A stretch of DNA of 64,000 nucleotides from a bacterium (GCA_030700025.1 JAUYKI010000010.1:16648-80647); one strand, 5' to 3'; shown: positions 1 to 10,504, numbered from the stretch's first letter. Numbers and translations are program-made. Notes: a model not told the origin generated them from the letters alone.

Positions 1-473
1 AGCGGCGCTGGGCCTGGGGATCAGAAAATGTTCCTTATCTTTTAACTGGTTTTTGGAAAAATAAAAAAATTCCTTGGCGTTCCAAAATATATTGGTCATT
101 TAATTTAGTGGAGGGCTATCACTCGTGGGCAACAAATGTGCTGATTATTTTCGCGCTGGGCTGGCTGCCGGTTTTAATCGGCGGGGGCGGATTTAACGCC
201 ACGATTCTTTCTTACCAACTGCCTAAAATTACCCGCGATATCATCGGCCTGTCCAGCATTGGCATTGTGAGCGCGGCAATTTTAAGCACTGTTTTGCTGC
301 CGCCCCGCCCGGGAATCCGGCTCCGGCAATACGCCTGGTATATTCTCCAATGGGCGTTAATGCCGGTTACTTTAATAATTTTTGGCGCCATTCCGGCGCT
401 GGAAGCCCAAACTCGCTTACTGCTCGGCGGAAAATGGCGATTAGGTTTTTGGGTTACGCCCAAAAGCCGATAA
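1..473 (+). CDS. Glycosyltransferase family 2 membrane protein, C-terminal part (5' truncated by window)
   Basis: Frame is open from position 3 (RRWAWGSENVPY, QxRRW-like GT2 motif), followed by hydrophobic helices. Confidence 0.65.
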   Translation, partial: RRWAWGSENVPYLLTGFWKNKKIPWRSKIYWSFNLVEGYHSWATNVLIIFALGWLPVLIGGGGFNATILSYQLPKITRDIIGLSSIGIVSAAILSTVLLPPRPGIRLRQYAWYILQWALMPVTLIIFGAIPALEAQTRLLLGGKWRLGFWVTPKSR

Positions 474-500
474 AAAAAGTCCGCCTTTGGCGGACTAAAA
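470..500. terminator. Bidirectional intrinsic terminator
   Basis: AGTCCGCC-TTT-GGCGGACT hairpin with A-tracts, between convergent genes. Confidence 0.7.
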
Positions 501-504
501 CCTA

Positions 505-669
505 TTACATTCCGGAAAGCGGATCAGTGTAGATAATTTCGGTCAGTTCGATTAAAACCTCGCCGACCTGAATTCCCAGCCAATAGCCGGCTTCTCTCAT
601 CAAAAGCCACAAACAAATCAGAGCCGCAATGCCGCCCAGAGCCAGCACTACATACACCCATGCTTTCAT
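505..669 (-). CDS. Small membrane protein, 54 aa (MKAWVYVVLALGGIAALICLWLLMREAG...), not in the ORF track
   Basis: GGGAGG SD; TTGACT-17-TAAAAT promoter at about 719-747; one TM helix; terminator downstream. Confidence 0.7.
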   Translation of the reverse strand: MKAWVYVVLALGGIAALICLWLLMREAGYWLGIQVGEVLIELTEIIYTDPLSGM

Positions 670-782
670 TGGCGCGCCTCCCTAGATCAATCCCAAAAGA
701 TTGATCGCAAACTGGCTTTATTTTAACTGAAAAATATTCAAAAGTCAATTATCGCGGTTGGAAGATATTGTTGAAAGAGGTT

Positions 783-2930
783 CTATTCTAAATGCACTCG
801 TTTTTGGAATTGCTGGAATCTGGCCGCCAAAAGCGGATAACTTTTCATTTCTAAGTCATTGGAGATAATTTTTTGCGCTGAAGCCCGCGCCGCTTTTACT
901 AATTCAATGTCCCGCAATGCTTCCATGGCAATATCCGGAAGCCCGCTCTGGCTTTCGCCCATAAATTGGCCCGGACCGCGGACTAATAAATCTTTTTCCG
1001 CGAGTTCAAAGCCATTCTTAGCGGTCATCAGAAAGTTCAGCCTCTGCTGAACATTAGCCGAATCCGATTCGGTAAACAACAAACAAAAAGACTGGTGCTC
1101 GCCTCGGCCAACCCGCCCGCGGAACTGGTAAAGCTGGGCTAATCCGAATCTATCCGCTCCCTCCACCATCATAATAGTGGCATTCGGAACATCCACGCCT
1201 ACTTCAATTACCGAAGTAGATACCAAAATATGATATTTCTTGCCGGAAAAATCTTTCATAATCTGGTCCTTTTCCCTTCCTTTCATTTTTCCGTGCAGCA
1301 TCGCCACTTTCAGATCCGGAAAAATCTTAGTGGATAATTTTTCAAATTCTTCGGTAACCGACTTTAATTCCAGGGCTTTCTTCTTGGCCTCCGATAAAAC
1401 CTCGCCTTCCTTTACCGCGCCCGGCGTAATGCGCGGGCAAATCACAAATGCCTGCCTGCCCTTTTTAATCTGTTCTCGGATAAAGTCATAAGCCTTGGGC
1501 CGGTTTTCCGGAGCCACGATTTTGGTGATGATTTCTTTCCGGCCGGCCGGCAATTCCGTAATCAAGGAAACATCCAAGTCTCCGAAAATTGTAAGCGATA
1601 ACGTCCGCGGAATCGGGGTGGCGGACATAGAAAGAAAATGCGGTAAAAATCCGCCTTGCGCCTGGGAAAGCGCTGCCCGCTGTTCCACGCCGAAACGGTG
1701 CTGTTCATCCACGATTGCCAAGCCTAATTTCGGAAAGCGAACTCCTTTTTGAATAATCGCGTGAGTGCCGATAACAATTTTTACCTTGCCGTCCAAAATT
1801 TCCTTCAATAATTTCTGGCGGGAAATTTTAATCTGCGAGCCGTCGCCATAAGAAAGCTCCGCGGCATTCGCGGTAAATAAAGCTACTCCGCCGGATAATC
1901 CGCCCATTGGCGAATTAAATAATTTGGTAATGGTGCGGTAATGCTGGCCAGCCAAAACTTCCGTCGGCGCCAAAAAAGCCGCCTGCAAATCATTTTGCGC
2001 CGCTAAGATGGCGGCAATAGCCGCGATCACGGTTTTTCCGGAACCCACATCTCCCTGCAACAGCCGATTCATCGGCCTAGGCCTTTGTAAATCTTTCAAA
2101 ATTTCCGAAAGCGATTCTTTTTGGGAACTAGTCAGAATAAACGGCAATTTTTCAATTAAGGCGCCGACTTTCGCTTCGTCCACTTTTAAAGCCACTGCCC
2201 TTTCTTCCGCCAGACGGGATTTAATTTTTAAATTATTCAGCTGAAGCAAGAATAAATCTTCAAAAGCAAAGCGCCGTTTCGCCAAATCCGCCTCTTCCAT
2301 TTTTAAAGGAAAATGGATTTTCTTTAATGCCACATTAATATCCGGAAATTTATTTTCTTTCAACGCTTCTTCCGGAAGCCAGTCTTCCACGCGTTCCAGG
2401 CTTTTTAAAATCGGCTTAATTAAAAACCGCAATCCCTTGGAGGTCAGCCCGCGGGTTTCCGGATAAATCGGAATTAATCCGGCGGTATGCTTCGGGCCAA
2501 AACTACTGCTTGCCAAACTCCGGCTATTGGTCACTTCATAGGCCGGGCTGGATAAATAAATTTCCCGCTGGGACTGCATTAATTTTCCGGCAAAATTAGC
2601 GCGCGTTCCCGGGCGCAAAATCTGGGCGATGTACGGCTGATTAAACCAAACCGCCTTTACGCCCCCGGTTTCATCCATAATCACCGCCTCAATAATCGTT
2701 AGGTGCTTTTTCCAGGTGCGGCGAAGATTAACTTTCTGGACTACGCCATGGACTGTGGCCGGCTGATCTAAAACCAGTTCGCTAATCGGAATAATCTTGG
2801 AAAAATCCTCGTAACGGAACGGGAAATGCGTCAAAAGATCACGGACAGTTTTAATTTTTAGCTGAATAAGCTTAGTAATAAACTTAGAGCCAATTTCCGA
2901 AATTTTTACTAGCTCGGTGTCTAAAGTCAT
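783..2930 (-). CDS. recG: ATP-dependent DNA helicase RecG
   Basis: RLLQGDVGSGKT, DEQHRFG, MSATPIPRT and QFRGRVGR motifs; wedge domain. Confidence 0.97.
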   Translation of the reverse strand: MTLDTELVKISEIGSKFITKLIQLKIKTVRDLLTHFPFRYEDFSKIIPISELVLDQPATVHGVVQKVNLRRTWKKHLTIIEAVIMDETGGVKAVWFNQPYIAQILRPGTRANFAGKLMQSQREIYLSSPAYEVTNSRSLASSSFGPKHTAGLIPIYPETRGLTSKGLRFLIKPILKSLERVEDWLPEEALKENKFPDINVALKKIHFPLKMEEADLAKRRFAFEDLFLLQLNNLKIKSRLAEERAVALKVDEAKVGALIEKLPFILTSSQKESLSEILKDLQRPRPMNRLLQGDVGSGKTVIAAIAAILAAQNDLQAAFLAPTEVLAGQHYRTITKLFNSPMGGLSGGVALFTANAAELSYGDGSQIKISRQKLLKEILDGKVKIVIGTHAIIQKGVRFPKLGLAIVDEQHRFGVEQRAALSQAQGGFLPHFLSMSATPIPRTLSLTIFGDLDVSLITELPAGRKEIITKIVAPENRPKAYDFIREQIKKGRQAFVICPRITPGAVKEGEVLSEAKKKALELKSVTEEFEKLSTKIFPDLKVAMLHGKMKGREKDQIMKDFSGKKYHILVSTSVIEVGVDVPNATIMMVEGADRFGLAQLYQFRGRVGRGEHQSFCLLFTESDSANVQQRLNFLMTAKNGFELAEKDLLVRGPGQFMGESQSGLPDIAMEALRDIELVKAARASAQKIISNDLEMKSYPLLAARFQQFQKRVHLE

Positions 2931-2938
2931 TGGATGTA

Positions 2939-3060
2939 TCCCGTTAGAGACAACTTAAATTTTTATAAAAAGGCAAAGTGGAGTTAAAAAATATAAAACA
3001 TAGATTATTAATTAAATCGGTCTTTTACGACCATCTAAAGATGGTCTGCCTCTAACGGGA
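2939..3060. mobile_element. MITE-like element, TCCCGTTAGA family, copy 1
   Basis: Terminal inverted repeats TCCCGTTAGAG...CTCTAACGGGA, sub-terminal hairpin, flanks TGTA/TGGA. Confidence 0.75.
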
Positions 3061-3151
3061 TGGATATATTATACCAAATAATAGAAATTCGCAATAATCT
3101 ATAGTGTTAATAACCTCTTGGGAGACGTTGTGCTTTCCCTGCTTTTAATAT

Positions 3152-3180
3152 TGACAAAAAACTAATTTGAATATAAAATA
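3152..3180 (+). promoter_or_regulatory. sigma70 promoter
   Basis: TTGACA-17 nt-TAAAAT. Confidence 0.7.
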
Positions 3181-3233
3181 TTTCCGAGCTTGGTTCTCTA
3201 AGAACCTGGCAAAAATAAGGAGGTGCTATAGCC

Positions 3234-3440
3234 ATGGCTGATTGCAATCACTGTTCCTTGCAACGCATTCGCAGCAGAGCCAAGCAAGAAAAAAAGAAGG
3301 TAACTCTGCGAGGCGATCGCGGCGGAACGAGCGTTTACGTCCATCCCCGCAATGTGAAAATTAACCGGCTGAGCGATGCCGAAAGGGAAAGATACCGCGC
3401 GTCCTGGATGATGGAACTTTCCGACCACTGTTGTTGCTGA
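3234..3440 (+). CDS. Small Cys/His-rich hypothetical protein, possibly metal-binding
   Basis: AGGAGGT SD, own promoter and terminator; CNHC...DHCCC. Confidence 0.75.
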   Translation: MADCNHCSLQRIRSRAKQEKKKVTLRGDRGGTSVYVHPRNVKINRLSDAERERYRASWMMELSDHCCC

Positions 3441-3519
3441 ATATCGCGCGGTCGCCTAAAGCGACCGCTTTTATTTTTAATTGACGAAGCGCCTCTAAAA
3501 ATTTATTATTCTAACAAAC

Positions 3520-3592
3520 GCACCCATAGCTCAGTTGGTAGAGCAACTCCCTCTTAAGGAGATGGTCGTAGGTTCGATCCCTACTGGGTGCA
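3520..3592 (+). tRNA. tRNA-Lys(CTT)
   Basis: Cloverleaf with GCACCCA/TGGGTGC acceptor, loop CT-CTT-AA, TTCGATC T-loop. Confidence 0.95.
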
Positions 3593-3594
3593 CA

Positions 3595-3650
3595 CTTCGG
3601 CAGGGCTCAGCGCAAGCACTTCAACAGTTCGGCATAAGCCCAATAAAAAA
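3595..3650. repeat. REP-like CTTCGGCA..GCTCAG..AAG tandem unit; similar copy at about 37118-37160
   Basis: cttcggcagggctcagcgcaag versus cttcggcaagctcaggacaag. Confidence 0.55.
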
Positions 3651-3676
3651 TTCCCTTGCGTTACGCCGGGGAATTT

Positions 3677-4423
3677 TTATTCAGGCAATAAAGTTCCGAT
3701 TAACCAAATACTAAAAATACCTAAGATCATAATTAGAATATGCGCGAATTCCCGAACGCCAGTTTTGTGGCGCAACTCCGGAATTAAATCCGAAATAGAA
3801 ATATAAATAAAAGATCCGGCGGTAATGCTAAGCACTATCGGAATATACGGCTCAAGAGCGCTCCGAAAGATATAACCTAATATCGCTCCGGCCGGCGTCA
3901 TTAAGGCCGCCGCCAAATTATATTTCAAGATTTTCCATCGAGGATATCCATTATGAAGCAAGATGCCAAAATCGCTGATTTCTTGCGGAACCTCGTGGAA
4001 AAATACCGCTACCGTAGTCGCAATGCCCGTAGGAATAGAAATTAAAAAACTTAAAGCAATAGCAATGCCATCCAAAAAATTATGCAAAGCATCGCCGATA
4101 ATAACCGTTAAGCTAAAATCATGGATGTCGCATTTTTCCTGATCGTGGCAATGATAAAAATTTAAAAGCTTTTCTAAAATATAAAAAAGTATAATGCCGG
4201 TTACAAAAGCAATAAAAATGGCTGATTCGGAAACATTCCCGGCTAAACTTTCCGGCAAAAGTTCAAAAATCGCCGCGGCCATCAAAGAGCCGGCGGCAAA
4301 ACTCAAAAGATAAATAGAAAGCCTCTTGGCTAATGCCTCATTAATAAGGAGCAGTATCCCGCCCAGCATCGCTACCACGCTTCCCACCAAGCTCGCTATT
4401 AAAATAATCAGAAAAAGCGTCAT
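3677..4423 (-). CDS. ZIP family metal (zinc) transporter
   Basis: GDALHNFLDG and HEVPQE motifs, multiple TMs. Confidence 0.92.
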   Translation of the reverse strand: MTLFLIILIASLVGSVVAMLGGILLLINEALAKRLSIYLLSFAAGSLMAAAIFELLPESLAGNVSESAIFIAFVTGIILFYILEKLLNFYHCHDQEKCDIHDFSLTVIIGDALHNFLDGIAIALSFLISIPTGIATTVAVFFHEVPQEISDFGILLHNGYPRWKILKYNLAAALMTPAGAILGYIFRSALEPYIPIVLSITAGSFIYISISDLIPELRHKTGVREFAHILIMILGIFSIWLIGTLLPE

Positions 4424-4577
4424 TAAACCTAATTATAACGGTAAAATTCCGATTAGCAATTTTTAATTGACTTTTTGTCTATTTAGGAGTAATATATAGG
4501 CGAAGTTCCTTGAAAAAGCCGAATCATTCGTTGAAAACGAATACTCGGCCGAACAAACGGATCAGGGGAGGATAGCC

Positions 4578-6488
4578 ATGGGCATGGACGTAGGAAAGCT
4601 CGGCAAAGGACTGGCAATCGCGGAAGAACAGCGGGACAAGCGCCGGCACAACAGTTTCGTCGGCGACTGCTTTCTCGGTATAGCAAATTTTTCGCGGTTC
4701 CTGGAATGCGCGGAAGAAATTCCCGTTGAAGAACAGCGGATCGCGGACGATCTTCTCTATAATTTGAAAGGGTATCTCTGCCGAAATGTGGATCCGGAAA
4801 AAGTGGACGCAACCAATGAATTGCCCGAAGGGGTGATTGAATGGCTTTGCGAAAACGGATATTTCGGACTGAAAATTCCGCGCGAATATGGAGGCATGGG
4901 CTTGCATCAGACTGCTTATTCCCGAGTTTTGGGAGTGGCGGCCAGCTGGTCCGGCGGTTTAGCGGCTCCGCTTTCCGCGGCCAACACTATCGGCCTTAGC
5001 TATCCGATTTTAAATTACGGCGCTGAAGAACAGAAGAAAAAGTGGCTGCCGATTGTTGCCAAAGTCGTAACGGGCTTTGCCTTTACGGAAGACGAAGCTG
5101 GTTCCGATCCGGCAAACATGAAAACTACTGCCACCCGCGTCAAGGGCGGTTATCTCTTAAACGGCACGAAGTGGTGGACCACCAACGGCCCGATGAGCGA
5201 TACCAAATTCTTGTCGCCTCTGTTGTGCGTTATTGCCAAGACCGTTGATTCGCCCGATGAACTGCAGGCCAGAGCCGATGACAAGACTTACAAACCCAGT
5301 TTCAGCGCGCTGATCGTTCCGACTGACGCTCCGGGAATCCGGATTGTCCAGCGGTGCGATTTCGCCGGACTGAAAGGGATTTACAACGGCATTACGGAAT
5401 TCAAGAATGTTTTCGTTCCAGCTGATCAGCTGATCGGCAAGGAAGGACTGGGATTTCGGATCGCCATTGAAGCGCTGAACACCGGCCGGCTTTCAATTGC
5501 CAGCCTGTGCATCGCGGCGGTCAAGCAAGTTTTACTCATCGGAAATTGGTACGGCCGGAAGCGGAAGCAGTGGGCAACCAAGTCCGCTCCTTCCATCGGC
5601 TATCACGAAATGGTCGGCAGCGGATTTCTGGCAAAGGGCGCGGCTAATACTTTAGCGGCGGAAGCGATGGTTTATTTTGCCTCGCTTCGTGTTGACAACG
5701 GATTAGACGCTCGGCTGGAAGCAGCGGTTTGCAAAGTATTCTCTTCCGAACGCGGATGGGAAACCATTGATGACATGATGCAAGTCCGTGGCGGACGCGG
5801 TTATGAAACTGCGGTCTCGCTGGCTAAGCGCGGAGAACCGGCTTTGCCGTTGGAAAGAATTTGGCGCGACTTCCGGATCAACCGGATCTTTGAAGGCGCC
5901 AGTGAAATTCTTATTCTCTGGCTGTTGCGCGAAGGCAGTGATGAGTATAAAAAGCGCGGTGATGTTTTCTTCGGTCCCGGCAATTGGTGGAAAAAGTTCA
6001 CTACTGCCATGGGATTCGCCTGGGATATCCTGAGGCTGCAAAGCCGACAGCAGATTCCCGACGAAGTTTTGGACAGGATTGATCCGCGGCTCCACTCTCA
6101 TCTGTACTTCGTGGAAAAGCACATCCGCAAACTGGCCCTGTCCATGATTTTGATTTCGGCGAAGTATCGCGACAAGCTGATTCATAAACAGCTGATCTTT
6201 AAGAGGCTATTCTGGATCGCCAGCGAACTTTACGCCATGAGCGCGATTTGTTTCTATACTTCCCCGAAACGGCCCGAAGGATATGTCGTTGCCGATGACC
6301 GCAATCTGGATTTGGCCGACCTCTACTGCAAAGAGGCCCGAGCCAGAATTAAGAGCGCTCTTCAGTCGTTGAATCACAATACAGATTCGGAAGCCCGCGC
6401 GGTAGCCAAGCGGCTGCTCGCCGGCGAAGATGACGAATGGCTCAAGAGAGACATTGTCCCGATCGTTGATCATCTTGGATTAAAGTAA
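4578..6488 (+). CDS. Acyl-CoA dehydrogenase (long, VLCAD/ACAD9-like)
   Basis: GYFGLKIPREYGG, FAFTEDEAGSD, NGTKWW, QVRGGRGY, RIFEGASE. Confidence 0.93.
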   Translation: MGMDVGKLGKGLAIAEEQRDKRRHNSFVGDCFLGIANFSRFLECAEEIPVEEQRIADDLLYNLKGYLCRNVDPEKVDATNELPEGVIEWLCENGYFGLKIPREYGGMGLHQTAYSRVLGVAASWSGGLAAPLSAANTIGLSYPILNYGAEEQKKKWLPIVAKVVTGFAFTEDEAGSDPANMKTTATRVKGGYLLNGTKWWTTNGPMSDTKFLSPLLCVIAKTVDSPDELQARADDKTYKPSFSALIVPTDAPGIRIVQRCDFAGLKGIYNGITEFKNVFVPADQLIGKEGLGFRIAIEALNTGRLSIASLCIAAVKQVLLIGNWYGRKRKQWATKSAPSIGYHEMVGSGFLAKGAANTLAAEAMVYFASLRVDNGLDARLEAAVCKVFSSERGWETIDDMMQVRGGRGYETAVSLAKRGEPALPLERIWRDFRINRIFEGASEILILWLLREGSDEYKKRGDVFFGPGNWWKKFTTAMGFAWDILRLQSRQQIPDEVLDRIDPRLHSHLYFVEKHIRKLALSMILISAKYRDKLIHKQLIFKRLFWIASELYAMSAICFYTSPKRPEGYVVADDRNLDLADLYCKEARARIKSALQSLNHNTDSEARAVAKRLLAGEDDEWLKRDIVPIVDHLGLK

Positions 6489-6516
6489 AAAAATACCCCG
6501 CTAGCGGGGTTTTTAA
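6489..6516. terminator. Bidirectional terminator between the ACAD gene and aceA
   Basis: ACCCCGCT-AGCGGGGT palindrome flanked by A and T tracts. Confidence 0.7.
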
Positions 6517-7779
6517 TTATTTAAATTGATCTTTTTCAGTTGAGCCGTCCATTGCGGAAGTGGAGGTCTCACCGCCAGAGGCCGTCTGCGCTACTTCATC
6601 AAAGTAACCGGTACCGACCAATTCCTGGTGCTTCACTCCGGGATAGCCGTCTTTCTCTTTGGCGAATTCTTCCGTCTGAAGGTCCACGTACGCCGGCATT
6701 CCGCGTTTCGCGAAATCCTGCGCCAGCTTAAAAGTCGCCAGCATCAGCGCGTGGACTCCCGCCAATGTTACAAACTGGAACTTATAGCCCAGCTTGCCCA
6801 GTTCATCCTGGAAATTCGCCACTGCTTCTTGAGGCAGTTTCGTCCAGTTAAACGACGGAGACAGGTTATAGGCCAAAAGTTTTCCAGGAAATTCCTTGTG
6901 AATCGCTTCTGCAAATTGCCTCGCTTCCGCCAAATCCGGATTAGAGGTTTCATACCAAAGCAAATCCGCGTAAGGCGCGTAAGCCAAAGAGCGCGCAATC
7001 GCGCAATCCATGCCGCCGCGCATCCGGTAAAAACCTTCGGGCGTTCTTTCGCCGGTCAAAAACGGCTTATCGCGGTCATCAATATCGTTGTTCACCAGAT
7101 AAGCGCCGTGCGCGTCAGTCCTGGCAATGATAACCGTGGGAACTCCCAGAACATCCGCCGCCTCCCGCGCCGAACTCAAGGTCCAGATAAACTGGCTAGT
7201 GGAAACTAGAACTTTTCCGCCCAAATGGCCGCACTTTTTTTCCGAACCCAGCTGGTCTTCAAAATGCACTGCCGACGCGCCGGCTCTAATCATCTTCTTC
7301 ATCAATTCAAAAGTATGATCTTTACCCCCGCCAGATTCACCATCAGCCACAATCGGCGCAAACCAATCCCGCTGTTCCCGATTCTTCAAACGCTGTTTCT
7401 CATCTTCCCGCTTAAAAGCGTTGTTAATCCGCTGAACAACATCCGGAACGCTGCGCACCGAATACAAACTCATATCCGGGTAAGTTTCCAAATCGCTGTT
7501 AGCATCAGCCGCGACTTGCCAACCGCTCATGTAAATCGCTTTTTGGCCGGCCGCCACCATGGCCACTGCCATTAATCCGGTATAAGCGCCCAGCGCCTTG
7601 ATGTAAGGTTCGGTATTCAGCATGTGCCAGAATTTTTCCGCGCCTAATCGCGCCAGAGTATGTTCCACCAAAACCGTTCCGCGCAAACGCAAAACCTGTT
7701 CCGGCGCATAATTCCTCTGAACGCCGTTCCATCTCCCGCCGAAAGCCCATTCGTCCCGCAAACGCCCCGCTTCGTTCAT
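6517..7779 (-). CDS. aceA: Isocitrate lyase
   Basis: KKCGH catalytic loop, IYMSGWQVAAD, HFEDQ, LAYNLSPSFNW, HQELVGTGYFD. Confidence 0.96.
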   Translation of the reverse strand: MNEAGRLRDEWAFGGRWNGVQRNYAPEQVLRLRGTVLVEHTLARLGAEKFWHMLNTEPYIKALGAYTGLMAVAMVAAGQKAIYMSGWQVAADANSDLETYPDMSLYSVRSVPDVVQRINNAFKREDEKQRLKNREQRDWFAPIVADGESGGGKDHTFELMKKMIRAGASAVHFEDQLGSEKKCGHLGGKVLVSTSQFIWTLSSAREAADVLGVPTVIIARTDAHGAYLVNNDIDDRDKPFLTGERTPEGFYRMRGGMDCAIARSLAYAPYADLLWYETSNPDLAEARQFAEAIHKEFPGKLLAYNLSPSFNWTKLPQEAVANFQDELGKLGYKFQFVTLAGVHALMLATFKLAQDFAKRGMPAYVDLQTEEFAKEKDGYPGVKHQELVGTGYFDEVAQTASGGETSTSAMDGSTEKDQFK

Positions 7780-7896
7780 GTCTGTCCTCCTGCCTAGAGT
7801 TTCGAAGTGCTGGGGAGAATTATAACAATAAAAATTATTCTCGTCAATAGCTTTTAAAAAATAAAAATCCCCCGACCAAAGTCAGGGGTATTTTTT

Positions 7897-9489
7897 TTAA
7901 TTATGCTTCAAATGCTCGTAAGCGGGAAGAGTCAAAAATTCAGTGAAATCTTTGCTGAAAATAATGCGCGCGAACAATTCAGTCGCTAAATCCAGCTTGC
8001 TGGCGGCGTATTTTTCCGCGCCCATTTCTTCCTGAATCTTATCAAATTCTCCACGAATCATCATAGCAACAAATTCTCCGGTAACTGTCTGGCCGTCAGC
8101 CAAAACCGCTTTATGATTCAACCACTGCCAAACTTGCGACCGGGAAATTTCTGCCGTAGCGGCATCTTCCATCAAATTGTAAAGCGGAACACAGCCAATG
8201 CCTCGCAACCAAGCCTCCAAATACTGGATGCCAACGCTGATGTTGGTGCGCAAGCCCGCTTCGGTAATTTCGCCTGAATGCGGCCTCAATAAATCAAATT
8301 CCGTAACCACTACATCTTCCCGCATAACTTCCAGCTGGTTCGGCTTATCGCCTAGAACCTCGTCAAAGGGCTGGCGCGCAATCGCGACCGTGCCCGGATG
8401 AGGAACCCAAGTGCCGTCATGGCCCGCTTCCACTTCTCTCCGCTTATCCGCCAAGATTTTTTCCGTAACCTTTTTATTGGCTTCTGGATCCTTCAAGGGA
8501 ATCTGAGCCGCCATTCCGCCCATGGCATGAGCGCCGCGCTTGTGGCAAACCTGAATCAATTTAACGCAATACGCTTTCAGGAAATCTCTGTCCATCGTCA
8601 CTTGCGCCCGGTCCGGAAGAATAAACCCCGGATGTTTCCGGAATTTCTTGATGTAGCTGAAAATATAATCCCAACGCCCGCAATTCAAACCCGCGGAATG
8701 ATTCTTCAAAGCGTAAAGAATTTCTTCCATTTCAAACGCCGCTAAAATCGTTTCAATCAAAACCGTTGCCCGGATTGTTCCCTGCGGAACACCCAATCTT
8801 CTCTGGGCAAAAACAAAGACATCATTCCAAAGCCTGGCTTCTTCGTAATTTTCCAGCTTCGGCAAATAGAAATAGGGTCCGCTTCCGCGCTCCATTAATT
8901 CTTTGGCGTTATGGAAAAAATATATTCCAAAATCAAACAGCGATGCGGACATCGGCCGGCCGTTTACCAAAATATTTTTTTCCAATAAATGCCAACCCCG
9001 AGGCCGGAACATCAGCGTGGCGATTTTGTCATTCAACTTATATTCCTTGCCAGTTTTCTCGTCCTTGAAATCAATTTGCCGGCGGACTAAGTCGTACATA
9101 TTCAATTGCCCCTGCAAAACATTGGACAAGGTCGGGCAATCGGAATCTTCCGCGTCCGCCATATAGCAATCGGCGCCGCTATTTTCCGCGTTAACCACCA
9201 TGCTCCGTTTGCTAGCCGGACCGGTAATTTCCACTTTCCGGCAGACTAAATCAGCGGGAATAGGCGCTACCCGCCAGAACTCGTCATATCGAATACTCAC
9301 GGTATCTTCACGAAAATGAGGCATTTTGCCAGCGTCAAAGCGTACTTGCTTATGCGTCCGTTCCGTTAAAAATTGTTCGCGATACATACCAAAGATACCT
9401 TGCAACTCCGCCACGAAAGCCAACGCCTCCGGACTTAAAATATGTTCAAATCTTTTCGGTTTTCCGTTGACCACTTCCCAGGTTATCAT
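7897..9489 (-). CDS. aceB: Malate synthase A (start probably 9489; the track ATG at 9516 lies inside a repeat)
   Basis: VEITGP, RPRGWHL, YLPKLE, GLNCGRWDYIFS, LMEDAATAEISR. Confidence 0.96.
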   Translation of the reverse strand: MITWEVVNGKPKRFEHILSPEALAFVAELQGIFGMYREQFLTERTHKQVRFDAGKMPHFREDTVSIRYDEFWRVAPIPADLVCRKVEITGPASKRSMVVNAENSGADCYMADAEDSDCPTLSNVLQGQLNMYDLVRRQIDFKDEKTGKEYKLNDKIATLMFRPRGWHLLEKNILVNGRPMSASLFDFGIYFFHNAKELMERGSGPYFYLPKLENYEEARLWNDVFVFAQRRLGVPQGTIRATVLIETILAAFEMEEILYALKNHSAGLNCGRWDYIFSYIKKFRKHPGFILPDRAQVTMDRDFLKAYCVKLIQVCHKRGAHAMGGMAAQIPLKDPEANKKVTEKILADKRREVEAGHDGTWVPHPGTVAIARQPFDEVLGDKPNQLEVMREDVVVTEFDLLRPHSGEITEAGLRTNISVGIQYLEAWLRGIGCVPLYNLMEDAATAEISRSQVWQWLNHKAVLADGQTVTGEFVAMMIRGEFDKIQEEMGAEKYAASKLDLATELFARIIFSKDFTEFLTLPAYEHLKHN

Positions 9490-9643
9490 TGATTCTCTTC
9501 TCCCTTGCCCGTCCATAGCTTTACGCGAAGGAGGGCTTGCCTGTTTTCAAACAGCGTATATTAATTTAAGAGATTTCGAGCCTTAAGTCAAATAAAAAAT
9601 CCGCCATAGGCGGATTCACTTTCACAAAAGTGAGAAGCGGGGC

Positions 9644-10276
9644 TTACAGAGATTTAGTCGTAGCAACAATTTCGTCAATCACTCCATATTCTTTGGCTTC
9701 TTCGGGACTCAAGAAAAAGTCGCGATCTGCGTCCTTCGTGATTTTTTCCAGCGACTGGCCAGTGTGCAAAGCTAAAATTTCCATCAGTTTCGTCTTACTT
9801 TTCCCGATTTCCGCGGCCTGAATTTGAATATCTGAAGCTTGGCCCTGAACGCCACCAAGCGGCTGATGAAGAAGTATCCGGGAATTCGGCAAAGATTTTC
9901 TCATTCCCTTAGTTCCCGCCGCTAACAGCACTGCTCCCATAGAAGCCGCCTGTCCAACGCAAATAGTGGAAATTGGAGCATTTACAAAACGCATAGTGTC
10001 ATAAATGGCCAAGCCCGCAGTAACTACTCCGCCCGGACTGTTAATAAAAATCTTGATCGGCTTTTCCTGATCCTCATTATTCAATTGCAGCAACTGAGCC
10101 ACAATCAAATTCGCCGCCATGTCATAAATTGGATAACCGATAACAATGATTCTGTCCTTAAAAAGACGGGAATAAATATCGTAAACCCGTTCCGTTCGGC
10201 CAATGCGCTCAATTACCATCGGCATCGGAATCGAAAACGGTTCCGGCCCCTGGTCAGCTCTCAGATCTCCTTTCAT
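9644..10276 (-). CDS. clpP: ClpP protease subunit (accessory copy with strong SD)
   Basis: DIYSRL, INSPGG, GQAASMG, HQP motifs. Confidence 0.95.
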   Translation of the reverse strand: MKGDLRADQGPEPFSIPMPMVIERIGRTERVYDIYSRLFKDRIIVIGYPIYDMAANLIVAQLLQLNNEDQEKPIKIFINSPGGVVTAGLAIYDTMRFVNAPISTICVGQAASMGAVLLAAGTKGMRKSLPNSRILLHQPLGGVQGQASDIQIQAAEIGKSKTKLMEILALHTGQSLEKITKDADRDFFLSPEEAKEYGVIDEIVATTKSL

Positions 10277-10381
10277 GATTTCCTCCTTAGCTATTTCACA
10301 GAACTGCCTTGAGTTTATAAGATTTCCGGAAAATCGTCAACTCTCAATAAAAAGGCGCCCAATGCCCGGAGCGCCTTAATT

Positions 10382-10455
10382 TGGAGCGGGATACCGGAAT
10401 CGAACCGGCGCCATTACCTTGGCAAGGTAGCGTACTGCCACTATACTAATCCCGC
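10382..10455 (-). tRNA. tRNA-Gly(GCC)
   Basis: Cloverleaf GCGGGAT/ATCCCGC, anticodon GCC, encoded CCA. Confidence 0.95.
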
Positions 10456-10504
10456 AATACTCAAAGAGTATAATAATTCTAATTTTAAAAATCAAATAGC
10501 TTAT

